Below are positions 19,311 through 28,390 of a DNA stretch of 64,000 nt, piece by piece. A model generated the notes under the pieces. The model worked only from the letters and a program-made list of their open reading frames with translations, searched no databases and was not told where the DNA came from. Within the stretch, counting starts at the first letter, position 1; every line of letters begins with the position of its first letter. Origin of the DNA: Acidimicrobiia bacterium (GTDB lineage: Bacteria > Actinomycetota > Acidimicrobiia > Spongiisociales > SHLN01); NCBI GenBank assembly GCA_041567895.1, contig JBFGAX010000001.1, positions 1,578 through 65,577 on the forward strand. The letters run 5' to 3'. A program made the position numbers and the translations under genes.

Positions 19311-20069
19311 TTAGCGGGAGGCCGTCTTCCGCCACTCCCACATCAACATCGCTCCCGCTTGAGCAGCGTTCAACGATTCCGTCGATTCGACCATCGGTAT
19401 CGAGACGCGGCGCGACCGCTCGATCACAGTTCCTGGAAGCCCGTGCGCCTCGTTACCGACAATGATCGCCGGTGCACCGGAAATGGCCAACACAGCCGGG
19501 TTTTCGCCACCACGGGGAACAGCCGCAAACCAATCCCAGGCCTCTAGAACATCGGCGGCGTCATCGACATCAACCCGAACTACGGCGGTCCTGAAATGCC
19601 CACCTGCCGCGGCACGCATACATTTGGGAGCCCAGGGATCGGCTCCGGCTACCACCAGCACCTGCAACCCGAACGCTGCGGCGGTGCGAATGAGAGTTCC
19701 CGTGTTCCCCGGATCGGCCAGGTCCCAAAGCACCACGACTGCGCGGCCCGGTTTGAGACCGGACTCTGGAATCCGGACGACCGCCACGGGGGATTGAGGG
19801 GTCTCGGTATCAGCGACTTTGGCGAACACATCAGCCGTCACCACGAGTGGCGCGACTTCGGCTATATCAGCCAGAGCCATGCCCCGTTCGTCGCCGTCGA
19901 CCACAAACAGTCGATCGAACGCGATACCCGCCTCCAAAGCTTCCTGACATGCCACCGGTCCCTCGACGAGACAAAGGCCCTCTGGTCTATCACGCCGAAA
20001 ACGAGCAGCGGCAACGATTGTCGGGTTGGAACGTGACGAAATCGGGTCCATACGGGGCGCCGCCCGCAC
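19311..20069 (-). CDS. TrmH/SpoU-family RNA 2'-O-methyltransferase
   Basis: SPOUT motifs (VVLWDLADPGNTGTLIRTAAAFG). It occupies the conserved position between rplT and pheS. Confidence 0.8.
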   Translation of the reverse strand: MRAAPRMDPISSRSNPTIVAAARFRRDRPEGLCLVEGPVACQEALEAGIAFDRLFVVDGDERGMALADIAEVAPLVVTADVFAKVADTETPQSPVAVVRIPESGLKPGRAVVVLWDLADPGNTGTLIRTAAAFGLQVLVVAGADPWAPKCMRAAAGGHFRTAVVRVDVDDAADVLEAWDWFAAVPRGGENPAVLAISGAPAIIVGNEAHGLPGTVIERSRRVSIPMVESTESLNAAQAGAMLMWEWRKTASR

Positions 20070-20071
20070 AG

Positions 20072-20431
20072 CTACTTGTCGTTGGCCGCCATGGCAACAT
20101 CCACCAGTTGCTTGAAAGCCTCCGGCTCATGTACGGCCAGATCGGCCAGCATTTTGCGATCCACTTCAACCTCAGCAGCCTTGAGGCCGCTTATGAATTG
20201 CGAATAGGTCGAGCCGTGCTGGCGAGCTCCGGCGTTGATTCTTGCAATCCACACGCGCCGAAAGTCGCCTTTCTTGGCGCGCCGGTGTCGGAACGCGTCG
20301 TCGCCCGCGCCGATGACCTGTTCGCGAGCGGTGCGATATCGACGGCTGCGTGCACCCTGATATCCCTTGGCACTCTCGAGAACCTTGCGCCGTTTCTTCT
20401 TTGCGTGTACCGAACGTTTTACGCGTGCCAT
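20072..20431 (-). CDS. rplT: 50S ribosomal protein L20
   Basis: [24 protein letters not shown]... is the canonical L20. Confidence 0.95.
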   Translation of the reverse strand: MARVKRSVHAKKKRRKVLESAKGYQGARSRRYRTAREQVIGAGDDAFRHRRAKKGDFRRVWIARINAGARQHGSTYSQFISGLKAAEVEVDRKMLADLAVHEPEAFKQLVDVAMAANDK

Positions 20432-20437
20432 GTCTCG

Positions 20438-20632
20438 CTACCTTCCCAACAGACGCTTCACTTCGGGCACATCGGCCTTTGCCACCTCGGTTTCGCCCGC
20501 CAACCGACGAAGCCTTCGACCGCTCTTGGTCATCTTGAGGTGATTCCGTCCGACCTGACGACGGCGAAGCTTGCCGGTGCCGGTTACCTTGAACCGGTCC
20601 TTGGACCCGCTATGTGTTTTTTGTTTTGGCAT
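20438..20632 (-). CDS. rpmI: 50S ribosomal protein L35
   Basis: MPKQKTHSGSKDRFKVTGTGKLRRRQ is the canonical L35. Confidence 0.95.
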   Translation of the reverse strand: MPKQKTHSGSKDRFKVTGTGKLRRRQVGRNHLKMTKSGRRLRRLAGETEVAKADVPEVKRLLGR

Positions 20633-21480
20633 TACGCCTCCTCGGTGGCAGATACCGAAGTGTGTACTTCGGCAGCCGATTCGCTCTCATCCGGTTGTGA
20701 TTCGGCTTGTTCGTCTCGTCCGTCTGGTTGTTGCTTGCTCTCTTGCACCGATGCGGCGTTTGCCGATTCCTCGGTCGGGACGCCGACCAGGTCCCCGGTC
20801 TTTTCAGTCGATTCCGGTTCTTGATCAGGATCTTCGTCCCCGATTGCGCCGGATCCTGAGTCGGATTCCTGGGCATCGGCGTCATCCCCTGCGCCGGGCG
20901 CCGACTCCGCCGGTGGCGGTTCGGCCTCAGCCGCTGCTGCCGCAGCCTCTGCCGCCTTCAACGCTTTGATCTTGGCCTTGTCCGGTATCAGGGTCATATT
21001 CATGCTGCGGCCTTCGCGACGCGGCTCTGACTCGATTTCGGATACATCAGCAAGTGCGGCGATCATCTTGTCCAATAAGGCAGCGCCCAATTCGGTGTGG
21101 GTGATCTCCCGGCCGAAAAACATGACAATGGCCTTGATCTTGTGGCCGTGCATCAAGAAGTTGCGGGCCTGGCGGATCTTTGTCTGAAAGTCGTGCTCAT
21201 CGATTTTGATGCGAAACTTGACTTCTTTGACGACCGTTTTCGTCTGCTTCTTACGTGCCTCCCGGTTACGAACCGACTGCTCGTATTTGTATTTGCCGTA
21301 GTCCATGAGCCGACACACGGGTGGATCGGCATTTGGCGAGACCTCGACGAGGTCCATCTCCAGATTCTTTGCGAGCCAGAGAGCCTCTTCGATGGATTTG
21401 ACGCCAACCTGGCTCCCATCGGGGGCCACAACCCGAACTTCTTTGGCCCGGATTCGATCGTTTACGCGTGGTTCAGCGAT
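20632..21480 (-). CDS. infC: Translation initiation factor IF-3, with non-AUG (ATC) start and long acidic C-terminal tail
   Basis: The IF3 N-domain (IAEPRVNDRIRAKEVRVVAPDGSQ) extends upstream of the track start. The frame opens 11 codons after an in-frame TAG. ATC at 21480..21478 is preceded by GAAGGAG 8 nt upstream. The C-domain is intact and is followed by a ~100 aa Ala/Glu/Asp/Ser-rich tail. Confidence 0.8.
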   Translation of the reverse strand: MAEPRVNDRIRAKEVRVVAPDGSQVGVKSIEEALWLAKNLEMDLVEVSPNADPPVCRLMDYGKYKYEQSVRNREARKKQTKTVVKEVKFRIKIDEHDFQTKIRQARNFLMHGHKIKAIVMFFGREITHTELGAALLDKMIAALADVSEIESEPRREGRSMNMTLIPDKAKIKALKAAEAAAAAAEAEPPPAESAPGAGDDADAQESDSGSGAIGDEDPDQEPESTEKTGDLVGVPTEESANAASVQESKQQPDGRDEQAESQPDESESAAEVHTSVSATEEA

Positions 21481-21600
21481 GTTGGATGCTCCTTCGTATC
21501 GTCCACTCCTCTAGTTGTCGTGTGGTCGTCGTATGTATTGGGCGGCCCGTTTTCGCTCTGTCTCGTGCCGCCCGCAGTTGAGACAGATCCCAACCACCCA

Positions 21601-21629
21601 TAGAAAAACGCAGCATGACTGCTGCGTTT
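21601..21629 (-). terminator. Rho-independent terminator downstream of ribH (end of the rib operon)
   Basis: aaacgcagca-GUCA-ugcugcguuu hairpin followed by UUUUCUA on the minus-strand transcript. Confidence 0.65.
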
Positions 21630-21758
21630 CATGACACCGTGCTGCCGTTTGGCTACGAATCTTCGGGAATCGTATGGCCGTGCTCGATGGTGTACCGGAA
21701 CTCGCTCTGGCGGCCCGGTGGGAAGCAGCAGCTTCCACTTGCTCTATGGAAACCTGGA

Positions 21759-22187
21759 TTATATCGACCGTAGAGCGCGAATCGTATCGAGAACTGCAGA
21801 AGCCGCCTCAGCCCCCTTGTTCCCCGCGCCAGGAGCGCTGCGTTCGCGGGCGTGTTCGAGCTTGCGAACCGTCAAGAGTGCGTTACCGACCGGGACGCCC
21901 GTTTCGAGCATGACGTGTTGCAGGCCTCGTGATGCCTCCGCCGCTATGAACTGATAGTGGTCGGTTTCGCCTTCGATCACCGCACCGATTGCTACCACCC
22001 CATCGACTCCATTCAACGCCAGGGTTCTGGCGGCGAGCGGAAGCTCCCAAGCTCCCGGAACCCTCACAACAGTGACCTCGCCAACATCTTCGAGGGCGGC
22101 TTGAGCCGCCGAGAGCAGACCCGAGGTTATGACCTCGTTGAATGCCGCTACCGCAACGCCAATCCGTAATCCGGATGCCGATGTCAA
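21759..22187 (-). CDS. ribH: 6,7-dimethyl-8-ribityllumazine synthase
   Basis: 142 aa; LRIGVAVAAFNEVITSGLL...VRVPGAWELP is the canonical lumazine synthase. Confidence 0.9.
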   Translation of the reverse strand: MTSASGLRIGVAVAAFNEVITSGLLSAAQAALEDVGEVTVVRVPGAWELPLAARTLALNGVDGVVAIGAVIEGETDHYQFIAAEASRGLQHVMLETGVPVGNALLTVRKLEHARERSAPGAGNKGAEAASAVLDTIRALRSI

Positions 22188-23377
22188 AGCGAGTGACCCA
22201 TTTTGTGTGCTTTGGTGTTGAGATACTCACGATTCGTTGCGCTGGTCGGGGCAATGAGTGCAACCGTATCGGTGACCTTGATACCCGCGAGCTCGAGACC
22301 GGCCTTCTTTTCAGGATTGTTCGACAGCAATCGAACCGACTTGACACCCAGATCGTCCAGGATATGGGCAGCTGCTTCAAACCTTCGAGCGTCGGCTGGG
22401 AAACCCAGATTGAGATTCGCCTCCACGGTGTCCTCGCCACCCTCGTCTTGCCGCTGATAGGCAGCCAGCTTGTTGAGCAGGCCGATACCACGTCCTTCGT
22501 GACCATCCATGTATATCACTGCCCCCGACCCAGACGATGCGACCTGATCCATCGCCGCATCGAGCTGCCAGCGACAATCACATCGAGTCGAGTTGAACAC
22601 GTCACCCGTACGGCATTCGCTGTGAACGCGCACCAGCATGCCTTCCGACGGCTCACCGCTGACGAGCGCCACATGTTCCGCCCCGGTCACCTGGTCGAGA
22701 TAGCCGAATACAGTGAAGTCACCGTGGACCGTTGGCAGCGAGGCCTGTGCTCGGCGAGTAACCGTGTTCTCCGTCTGGAGTCGATAGGTGATCAGATCCT
22801 CGATCGAAATCATTTTTATGCCGTGTTCCTGGCTGAAACGTTCGAGATCCTCTCCCCTCGACATCGTTCCGTCGTCGTTGACCAATTCGCAGAGAATGGC
22901 TGATGGATAAAGACCGGCAAGGACTGCGAGATCCACACCTGCTTCTGTATGGCCAGGTCGTCGCAACACGCCCCCGCTCGTGTATCGGAGTGGAAAAACG
23001 TGGCCGGGCCGAGCAAGATCGACTGGACGGGTGTCTGGATTGATCAGGCTGAGAATTGTGTTTGCCCGGTCTTCGGCAGAGATTCCGGTTGTTGTGCCGG
23101 GCACGTGATCGACAGAGACCGTGAACTGTGTGTGATGGACATCGCCTGCGGCCGGGACCATGAGAGGGAGCTCCAGCGCATCGAGCTGTTCGCCCAACAT
23201 GGGCTGGCAGATCAGACCTGACGTATATCGCACCATGAAGGCCACCGCCTCCGGCGTGACCTTCTCGGCCGCCATGATCAGATCCGCCTCGTTTTCACGA
23301 TCGGCCGCATCCACGACGAGCAAGAACTCTCCATTCTTGAACGCCTCAATGCCCTCTTCAATACTGACGAGGTTCAT
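22184..23377 (-). CDS. ribBA: Bifunctional 3,4-dihydroxy-2-butanone-4-phosphate synthase / GTP cyclohydrolase II
   Basis: True start is MNLVSIEEGIEAFKNGEFLLVVDAADRENEADL, at an ATG overlapping the ribE stop (ATGA). The DHBP synthase N-half and GCHII C-half with CxC..C zinc site are present. Confidence 0.9.
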   Translation of the reverse strand: MNLVSIEEGIEAFKNGEFLLVVDAADRENEADLIMAAEKVTPEAVAFMVRYTSGLICQPMLGEQLDALELPLMVPAAGDVHHTQFTVSVDHVPGTTTGISAEDRANTILSLINPDTRPVDLARPGHVFPLRYTSGGVLRRPGHTEAGVDLAVLAGLYPSAILCELVNDDGTMSRGEDLERFSQEHGIKMISIEDLITYRLQTENTVTRRAQASLPTVHGDFTVFGYLDQVTGAEHVALVSGEPSEGMLVRVHSECRTGDVFNSTRCDCRWQLDAAMDQVASSGSGAVIYMDGHEGRGIGLLNKLAAYQRQDEGGEDTVEANLNLGFPADARRFEAAAHILDDLGVKSVRLLSNNPEKKAGLELAGIKVTDTVALIAPTSATNREYLNTKAHKMGHSL

Positions 23378-23970
23378 CCTCGTCTCCTTTCGTCGACCAA
23401 TCGTTCTACGTATTTGGCAAGGACATCTGTCTCGAGATTCAATACCCGACCAACTTCCATATCTCCAAACGTCGTTATGGCGATCGTGTGCGGTATGAGG
23501 GTCACAGCGAAACCTGCATCGTCGACTCCGGCAACCGTGAGGCTCACTCCGTCGAGTGCCACCGAGCCTTTCTCGACCACGTACCGCATGAGGTGAGGTG
23601 GCGTATCGAACCACGCGCGGACACCATCGCCTTCAGACTCGACGGTCCTCACCGTCACGGTTCCATCGACGTGGCCCTGCACGATGTGTCCGTCAAAACG
23701 TCCCGTGGCAGGCATCGCCCGCTCGAGATTCACACGCGATCCAGAGACCAGGCAACCGAGGTTGGTTCGGCTGAGGCTCTCGTTCACGACATCGAAACCC
23801 AGGGTTTCGTCGTGGAGGTCAACCACCGTGAGGCACGTGCCGTTGATGGCGACCGAGTCTCCGATACCGACGTCGTGAGCCAGAGGATGGCGCACCGTGA
23901 TGCGAGCTCCGTCGCCGGTGACTGCGATCTCCGCAATCGTTGCAACAGATTCAACGATTCCGGTGAACAT
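23374..23970 (-). CDS. ribE: Riboflavin synthase alpha subunit
   Basis: MFTGIVESVATIAEI... with duplicated lumazine-binding repeats. Start ATG overlaps the ribD stop (TGATG). Confidence 0.85.
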   Translation of the reverse strand: MFTGIVESVATIAEIAVTGDGARITVRHPLAHDVGIGDSVAINGTCLTVVDLHDETLGFDVVNESLSRTNLGCLVSGSRVNLERAMPATGRFDGHIVQGHVDGTVTVRTVESEGDGVRAWFDTPPHLMRYVVEKGSVALDGVSLTVAGVDDAGFAVTLIPHTIAITTFGDMEVGRVLNLETDVLAKYVERLVDERRRG

Positions 23971-25058
23971 CACGCCACCTGCCCGCTACGGGAGCTGGGA
24001 ACGCTTGGACGCACGATTCCTCGAATAACGATGTCATGGCCTGCGTGGCTGACACTCACAATGTCTATCTCGCGGGCATCGGTAAGCGTCTCGAACACCC
24101 GGTCGAACATGGGCCTGCCGACGCCTCCGGCGATCTTGCCTGCCAGGAACAGCAATACTTCATCAACGAGACCGGCGCTCCAGAAGCTGGCAGCGAGGCG
24201 TGCTCCGCCCTCAACCATCACGTCGAGATAACCTCGATCGCCGAGATCAGCTACGACGCCCCCGAGATCCACTCCAGACTCGCCCGGCATCGGAATCGCA
24301 CCGCCGCCGGCATCTGGCCCGTATACGAGAGGGTCTATGAGAGAGTGTGTTGCCGGCAAGCTCCTCTGACCGGCTATCACAACACTGCGCGGCTGACGAC
24401 CCTCGTAGCCGTCGAGACGCACGGTGAGCTGCGGATCATCTGCGATGACCGTCCCGATCCCAACGACAACGGCGTCGACTTCGCTTCTCAGTTCATGAGC
24501 CTGCTTCCGGGCGGATTCCCCGGTGATCCACTGTGACTCTCCGTTGGCGGCTGCCGTCTGCCCGTCCAATGTCGCAGCCAGTTTGAGCAGAATGCGCGGG
24601 CGCCCGTCCCGCCGATGCCGAGCGTATCCGGGGTCGAGCTCCTCAATACCAGGGCCGATCACCGACACCTCGATGCCGGCTGCTTCCAGGGATTTGATGC
24701 CGGCTCCGCGCACCCGCGGGTCAGGATCGACCGATCCGACGACCACGCGTGTAATCCCAGCCTCGATGATCGCTTCCACACATGGTGGCGTTCTACCGGT
24801 ATGCGAGCATGGTTCGAGGGTGACTACGGCAGTAGTGGCGACGCCACGATCCGCGAGATGGGAGAGTGCGTCACGCTCGGCATGGGGTTCACCGGCGGCG
24901 CGGTGGTAGCCCTCCGCCACGATCTGATCAGCGGCATCGAGCAAGACGCAGCCAACACGTGGGTTGGGGTGGGGTCGGGCGCGCTTTGCCAACGCCATTG
25001 CCCGCTCCATCGCCTCACGATCTTCCATTGCCGTTCCTTCGCACGTGCCTGTTCGCAC
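23970..25058 (-). CDS. ribD: Bifunctional riboflavin biosynthesis deaminase/reductase
   Basis: Cytidine-deaminase zinc motif (HAERDAL...PCSHTGRTPPC) followed by a reductase domain. The start may be an internal Met (MEDREAMERAMALAK, ~25028). Confidence 0.85.
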   Translation of the reverse strand: MRTGTCEGTAMEDREAMERAMALAKRARPHPNPRVGCVLLDAADQIVAEGYHRAAGEPHAERDALSHLADRGVATTAVVTLEPCSHTGRTPPCVEAIIEAGITRVVVGSVDPDPRVRGAGIKSLEAAGIEVSVIGPGIEELDPGYARHRRDGRPRILLKLAATLDGQTAAANGESQWITGESARKQAHELRSEVDAVVVGIGTVIADDPQLTVRLDGYEGRQPRSVVIAGQRSLPATHSLIDPLVYGPDAGGGAIPMPGESGVDLGGVVADLGDRGYLDVMVEGGARLAASFWSAGLVDEVLLFLAGKIAGGVGRPMFDRVFETLTDAREIDIVSVSHAGHDIVIRGIVRPSVPSSRSGQVA

Positions 25059-25209
25059 GCGTAGGTGCCACTACGTTCCACATCCGCTTCAGGAATCCAA
25101 GGCACGAGCCATGGCGAGAAAAGGCGAAAGCTGCCACCCGGCTGATCCGGGGGCGCACCTGTCGCACGGCATCGATCGACGGGCCGACGAAACCGGCACG
25201 CGACCGTGC

Positions 25210-25380
25210 AAACCGTCTACTTCTCCCATCCGGACTCTCACCGTCGGCTCTGGAATTTCACCAGATCAGTCCCTGGGAACGCTGTGCGTTCCTGAGGAGT
25301 CGCGGGCTTGCGCGTCATCGACTATTGCCGATGGCGGCATCACCGCCGGTAGGGACTTTCACCCTGCCCTGAAGTAGGAC
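25210..25380 (-). ncRNA. FMN riboswitch (RFN element) in the ribD leader
   Basis: Minus-strand sequence CUUCAGGGCAGGGUGAAAGUCCCUACCGGCGGUGAUGCCGCC...AGCCCGCGACUCC...GAUCUGGUGAAAUUCCAGAGCCGACGGUGAGAGUCCGGAUGGGAGAAG matches the conserved RFN core blocks in order. It lies ~160 nt upstream of ribD. Confidence 0.85.
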
Positions 25381-25468
25381 TGAATCCATGTTAGAGCGTG
25401 TTTGGCCAACTCGAAATAGTTCCTATTTCCATGGAGGCCCACCAGATTCCGGCCGAACCTCTGTCGGC

Positions 25469-26641
25469 TCATCGGCCATACGCCTGTTCTGCGGCAGCAC
25501 GGTGGGCGGCCAGACGTTCCGCATCGGACGCGGCCACATTCGAGATACCGGCCAAAAGAACGACGAACCCGAGAACGAGCCACGGAATGATGTGGAGCCC
25601 GGCCCTGGCCCCTATTTCGCCAACCAGCCACGGACCGACCCCGGCCCCGACTCCAGCAGCCGCGAACGACCAGCCGATGACGTAATCGGTCTGATCCCCG
25701 AAGCCGCGGGCAGAAACCGAAACCATTGTTGGGAACACGAGCGCAATGCCGATCCCCGCCAGAGGGAGACTCCAGGCACCGAGTCCTCCCGGATCTGCAC
25801 CGAACCACGCGAGGCCGACAATCAACGCTGCCGAGCTGATCGCGAGTTTCACGCGGTACGGTACGGCTTGGCCGAAGAAAACCCCGGACAGCCGCCCGAG
25901 CGTGAGACCACCCCAGTACGCCGCCACAAATCGAGCTGCCGGCTCCAGCGCCATTCCCCGGTCTTCGAGGATCGAAAAAGACCACTGCCCCATCGAAAGC
26001 TCAACAGCCACCGCCAGGAGAAACGCTGCGAGATATGGAACGGTCGGGCCGAGTGACGGAGTGCGCCCGCGCGAATCATCCTGATCGACCTGCGGTGCCC
26101 GCCATTGATGACGGGTCACCATCACAGCCCCGACCGCGATCATGACCGCTACCGCACTCACGACATAGGCGGGACGCCAATCTCCGAAACCCGAAAGGGA
26201 TCGGGCCATGAGAATCGGCCCGAAGACGGCACCGACCCCGAACGTGGCGTGCAGCAGGTTCATGGCCCGGGGACCGTGTTCGAGTGCGACGTGCGAATTG
26301 ACGCCAGGGTCGATGAGCCCCCACCCGAAACTCAGCACCACCGACGCCGTTACCAGAACCATCCACGAAGGTGCCATTGCGATTCCTACGAGTCCACCGA
26401 CAGCCAGCACCGGTCCCGCCATCAGCAGCCGCCCAAGCCCGAACCGTCGAGCCATGGAACCCGACAGAGCGGAGCTGACACTGCCGGTGGCCACCCCGAG
26501 GAGAGCCAGTAGTCCGAGGTCCTGGATCGGTCGATCGAACTCGAGCCGCATGGTCGGCCATGCCGTACCGATCAAGCTCGTGGTCAAGCCGATGACGGCG
26601 AGCAACCCGATAGCGATGATCAACAAACGACGTCGAGCCAT
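25469..26641 (-). CDS. MFS transporter (12-TM, drug/metabolite exporter-like)
   Basis: 390 aa with hydrophobic periodicity and MFS motif-A-like GxLaDrxGrkR equivalents (RRFGLGRLLMAG). Position is analogous to the MFS pump next to ribG in mycobacteria. Confidence 0.7.
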   Translation of the reverse strand: MARRRLLIIAIGLLAVIGLTTSLIGTAWPTMRLEFDRPIQDLGLLALLGVATGSVSSALSGSMARRFGLGRLLMAGPVLAVGGLVGIAMAPSWMVLVTASVVLSFGWGLIDPGVNSHVALEHGPRAMNLLHATFGVGAVFGPILMARSLSGFGDWRPAYVVSAVAVMIAVGAVMVTRHQWRAPQVDQDDSRGRTPSLGPTVPYLAAFLLAVAVELSMGQWSFSILEDRGMALEPAARFVAAYWGGLTLGRLSGVFFGQAVPYRVKLAISSAALIVGLAWFGADPGGLGAWSLPLAGIGIALVFPTMVSVSARGFGDQTDYVIGWSFAAAGVGAGVGPWLVGEIGARAGLHIIPWLVLGFVVLLAGISNVAASDAERLAAHRAAAEQAYGR

Positions 26642-26683
26642 CTCCTGAGCCTATGCCCACCGGAGAGGCGGTTTCGTTCTGTC

Positions 26684-27610
26684 CTACGTGCGGCGATCGA
26701 TCTCGTAGACGCTGCCCGCCTGGCGCTTGGCGTGTTCCTTCATTTCGGAGGCAATTGCGGAAGCCTCCCACTGGTTCTGGATCGGGCGATGCTGATTTGT
26801 CACAACGCCCAGAGAAATCGACGTCAGCGGAAACGCATGACGCTCGCCCCGGCGATCGACCACTTCGATGTAACCACGCAACACATCGGCCGTGTCATAG
26901 AAGTCCAGCACGCCCTCGTCGAACGTCCTGATAACGGTCTTGCAAAAGTCTTCGACCCGCTCGGGATCGACCAGGGCGATGAAGTCGTCCCCACCGATGT
27001 GTCCGATGAATGGCTCAGCCTCCTCGAGCGCGGCTTGAGCCTCCAGGAGAACGTGGGCGGAGAATTTGATGACTCCGTCGCCCCGCATGAATCCATAATG
27101 ATCGTTGAACGCCTTGAAGTTGTCGAGATCGGCATGGACGAGGGCGAACGGCTTGCCGGAATCGATGCGACGCTCCAATTCCTGAGAGATCCGGAAGTTG
27201 CCGGGTAGCCCGGTGAGAGGCGACAGATCGCGGTTGGCCTGAGCTCTGGCCAATACAGTCTGAATGCGAGCAACGAGCTCGTCGAATTCAAAAGGTTTGG
27301 TCACGTAATCATCCGCCCCGAGCTGCAGACCCTCGACCCGATCCTGCGGCAGCGCTTTAGCCGTCAGGATGATGACCGAGATATTGGCCGTTGCAGGGTG
27401 CGTCCGCATGCGCCGAAGCACCGAAAGACCATCCATTCCCGGCATCATGATGTCGAGAATGACGAGATCGGGTGGATTTGCGGTGATAGCAGCCAGAGCT
27501 TGCTTGCCATCGTGAGCCGAATCCACTTCATAGCCGTCCAGCTCGAGGTTGACCCTGACGAAATGGACGATATCTGGATCATCATCGGCGACAAAGATCC
27601 GCTGACCCAT
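26684..27610 (-). CDS. Response regulator with REC domain fused to a GGDEF (diguanylate cyclase) domain; active-site variant GGDDF
   Basis: The REC domain is intact: acidic pocket DDD and the phospho-Asp in LVILDIMMPGMDG. In the GGDEF domain the GTP-contacting N (FND) and D (RGDG) are present. The A-site reads HIGGDDF and there is no RxxD I-site. Start is 2 nt after the rpe stop. Confidence 0.85.
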   Translation of the reverse strand: MGQRIFVADDDPDIVHFVRVNLELDGYEVDSAHDGKQALAAITANPPDLVILDIMMPGMDGLSVLRRMRTHPATANISVIILTAKALPQDRVEGLQLGADDYVTKPFEFDELVARIQTVLARAQANRDLSPLTGLPGNFRISQELERRIDSGKPFALVHADLDNFKAFNDHYGFMRGDGVIKFSAHVLLEAQAALEEAEPFIGHIGGDDFIALVDPERVEDFCKTVIRTFDEGVLDFYDTADVLRGYIEVVDRRGERHAFPLTSISLGVVTNQHRPIQNQWEASAIASEMKEHAKRQAGSVYEIDRRT

Positions 27611-27612
27611 AC

Positions 27613-28269
27613 CTAACTCAATGCCTCTCGTATCGCTTTCGCTGCATTGACGGGGTTTTCTACCCGAAAAAGGGCAGTGCCGACCACGAAGGCTTCAGCA
27701 CCGGCTGACCGGGCCAAAGGAGCCGTCGTAGCGGTAATCCCACCGTCGACTTGTACATCGGCATCCAGGTCGTTCGAATCAACCCTTTCTCGCACTTTTT
27801 CGATCTTGGGCAGCACCGATTCGAGAAAACTCTGGCCTCCAAAGCCAGGGTGGACCGTCATGACGAGAAAATGGTCGCACAGCGCCATGAACGGTGCGAT
27901 GGCGTCAGCAGGCGTCGGCGGGTTGAGGGCGAGCCCGAACCGCAATCCGTGTTCTCTTGCTGCAGCTGCCACCTCAGTCGGATCCGGATACACCTCGATG
28001 TGGACCGAAACCGCCTCACAGCCGGCATCGGCGAAATCTGCAAAATACTCATGGGGATTGGTCATCATCAGCTGCGTGTCGAAATGAAGATCGGTGAGAG
28101 GACGCAGTGATTTGATGACAGGGGCTCCAAACGAGAGATTCGGCACGAAATGGCCATCCATGACGTCAAGATGCACTCCGTCCACGAACGGCTCCACCCG
28201 CTTGATCTCCTCGCCCAGCCTGGAGAAATCAGCGGCGAGAGCGGACGCGTATATCTTGGCAGGCTTCAC
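27613..28269 (-). CDS. rpe: Ribulose-phosphate 3-epimerase
   Basis: 218 aa TIM-barrel; DVMDGHFVPN and HPGFGGQSF motifs. Confidence 0.9.
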   Translation of the reverse strand: MKPAKIYASALAADFSRLGEEIKRVEPFVDGVHLDVMDGHFVPNLSFGAPVIKSLRPLTDLHFDTQLMMTNPHEYFADFADAGCEAVSVHIEVYPDPTEVAAAAREHGLRFGLALNPPTPADAIAPFMALCDHFLVMTVHPGFGGQSFLESVLPKIEKVRERVDSNDLDADVQVDGGITATTAPLARSAGAEAFVVGTALFRVENPVNAAKAIREALS

Positions 28270-28390
28270 TGAACTCCGTTCGTGGCTTGGCGCTCAGTGT
28301 ACGTTCCCGTCCACGTCGCGCTCTGTGTGATCGAGCTCGAACCTCCGGTCGCAGCCGCCGCGTCCGTCCTCGGACTGCCATGTGACGCGC

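Noticed and set aside
19847-20824. Long plus-strand ORFs (e.g. 19847..20824, 41841..42584, 43842..45128, 47342..48529, 59908..60651, 5516..6397) with Arg/Pro/Ser-rich translations
   Set aside because: They lie antisense to strongly supported minus-strand housekeeping genes (trmH/rplT/infC, pyrB/pyrR, leuA, aroC/pilP/pilO, alaS, acyl-CoA ligase). They have the typical composition of GC-rich antisense frames and no recognisable motifs.
25469-26641. MFS transporter as an FMN-riboswitch-controlled riboflavin importer
   Set aside because: The riboswitch lies downstream of this gene (between its stop and ribD) on the same strand, so it cannot regulate it. The protein also does not resemble RibM/PnuX-size transporters.
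26684-27610. Hypr-type (cGAMP-producing) GGDEF
   Set aside because: The specificity position that is Ser/Thr in Hypr enzymes is the canonical Asp here (RGDG), so c-di-GMP remains the expected product.
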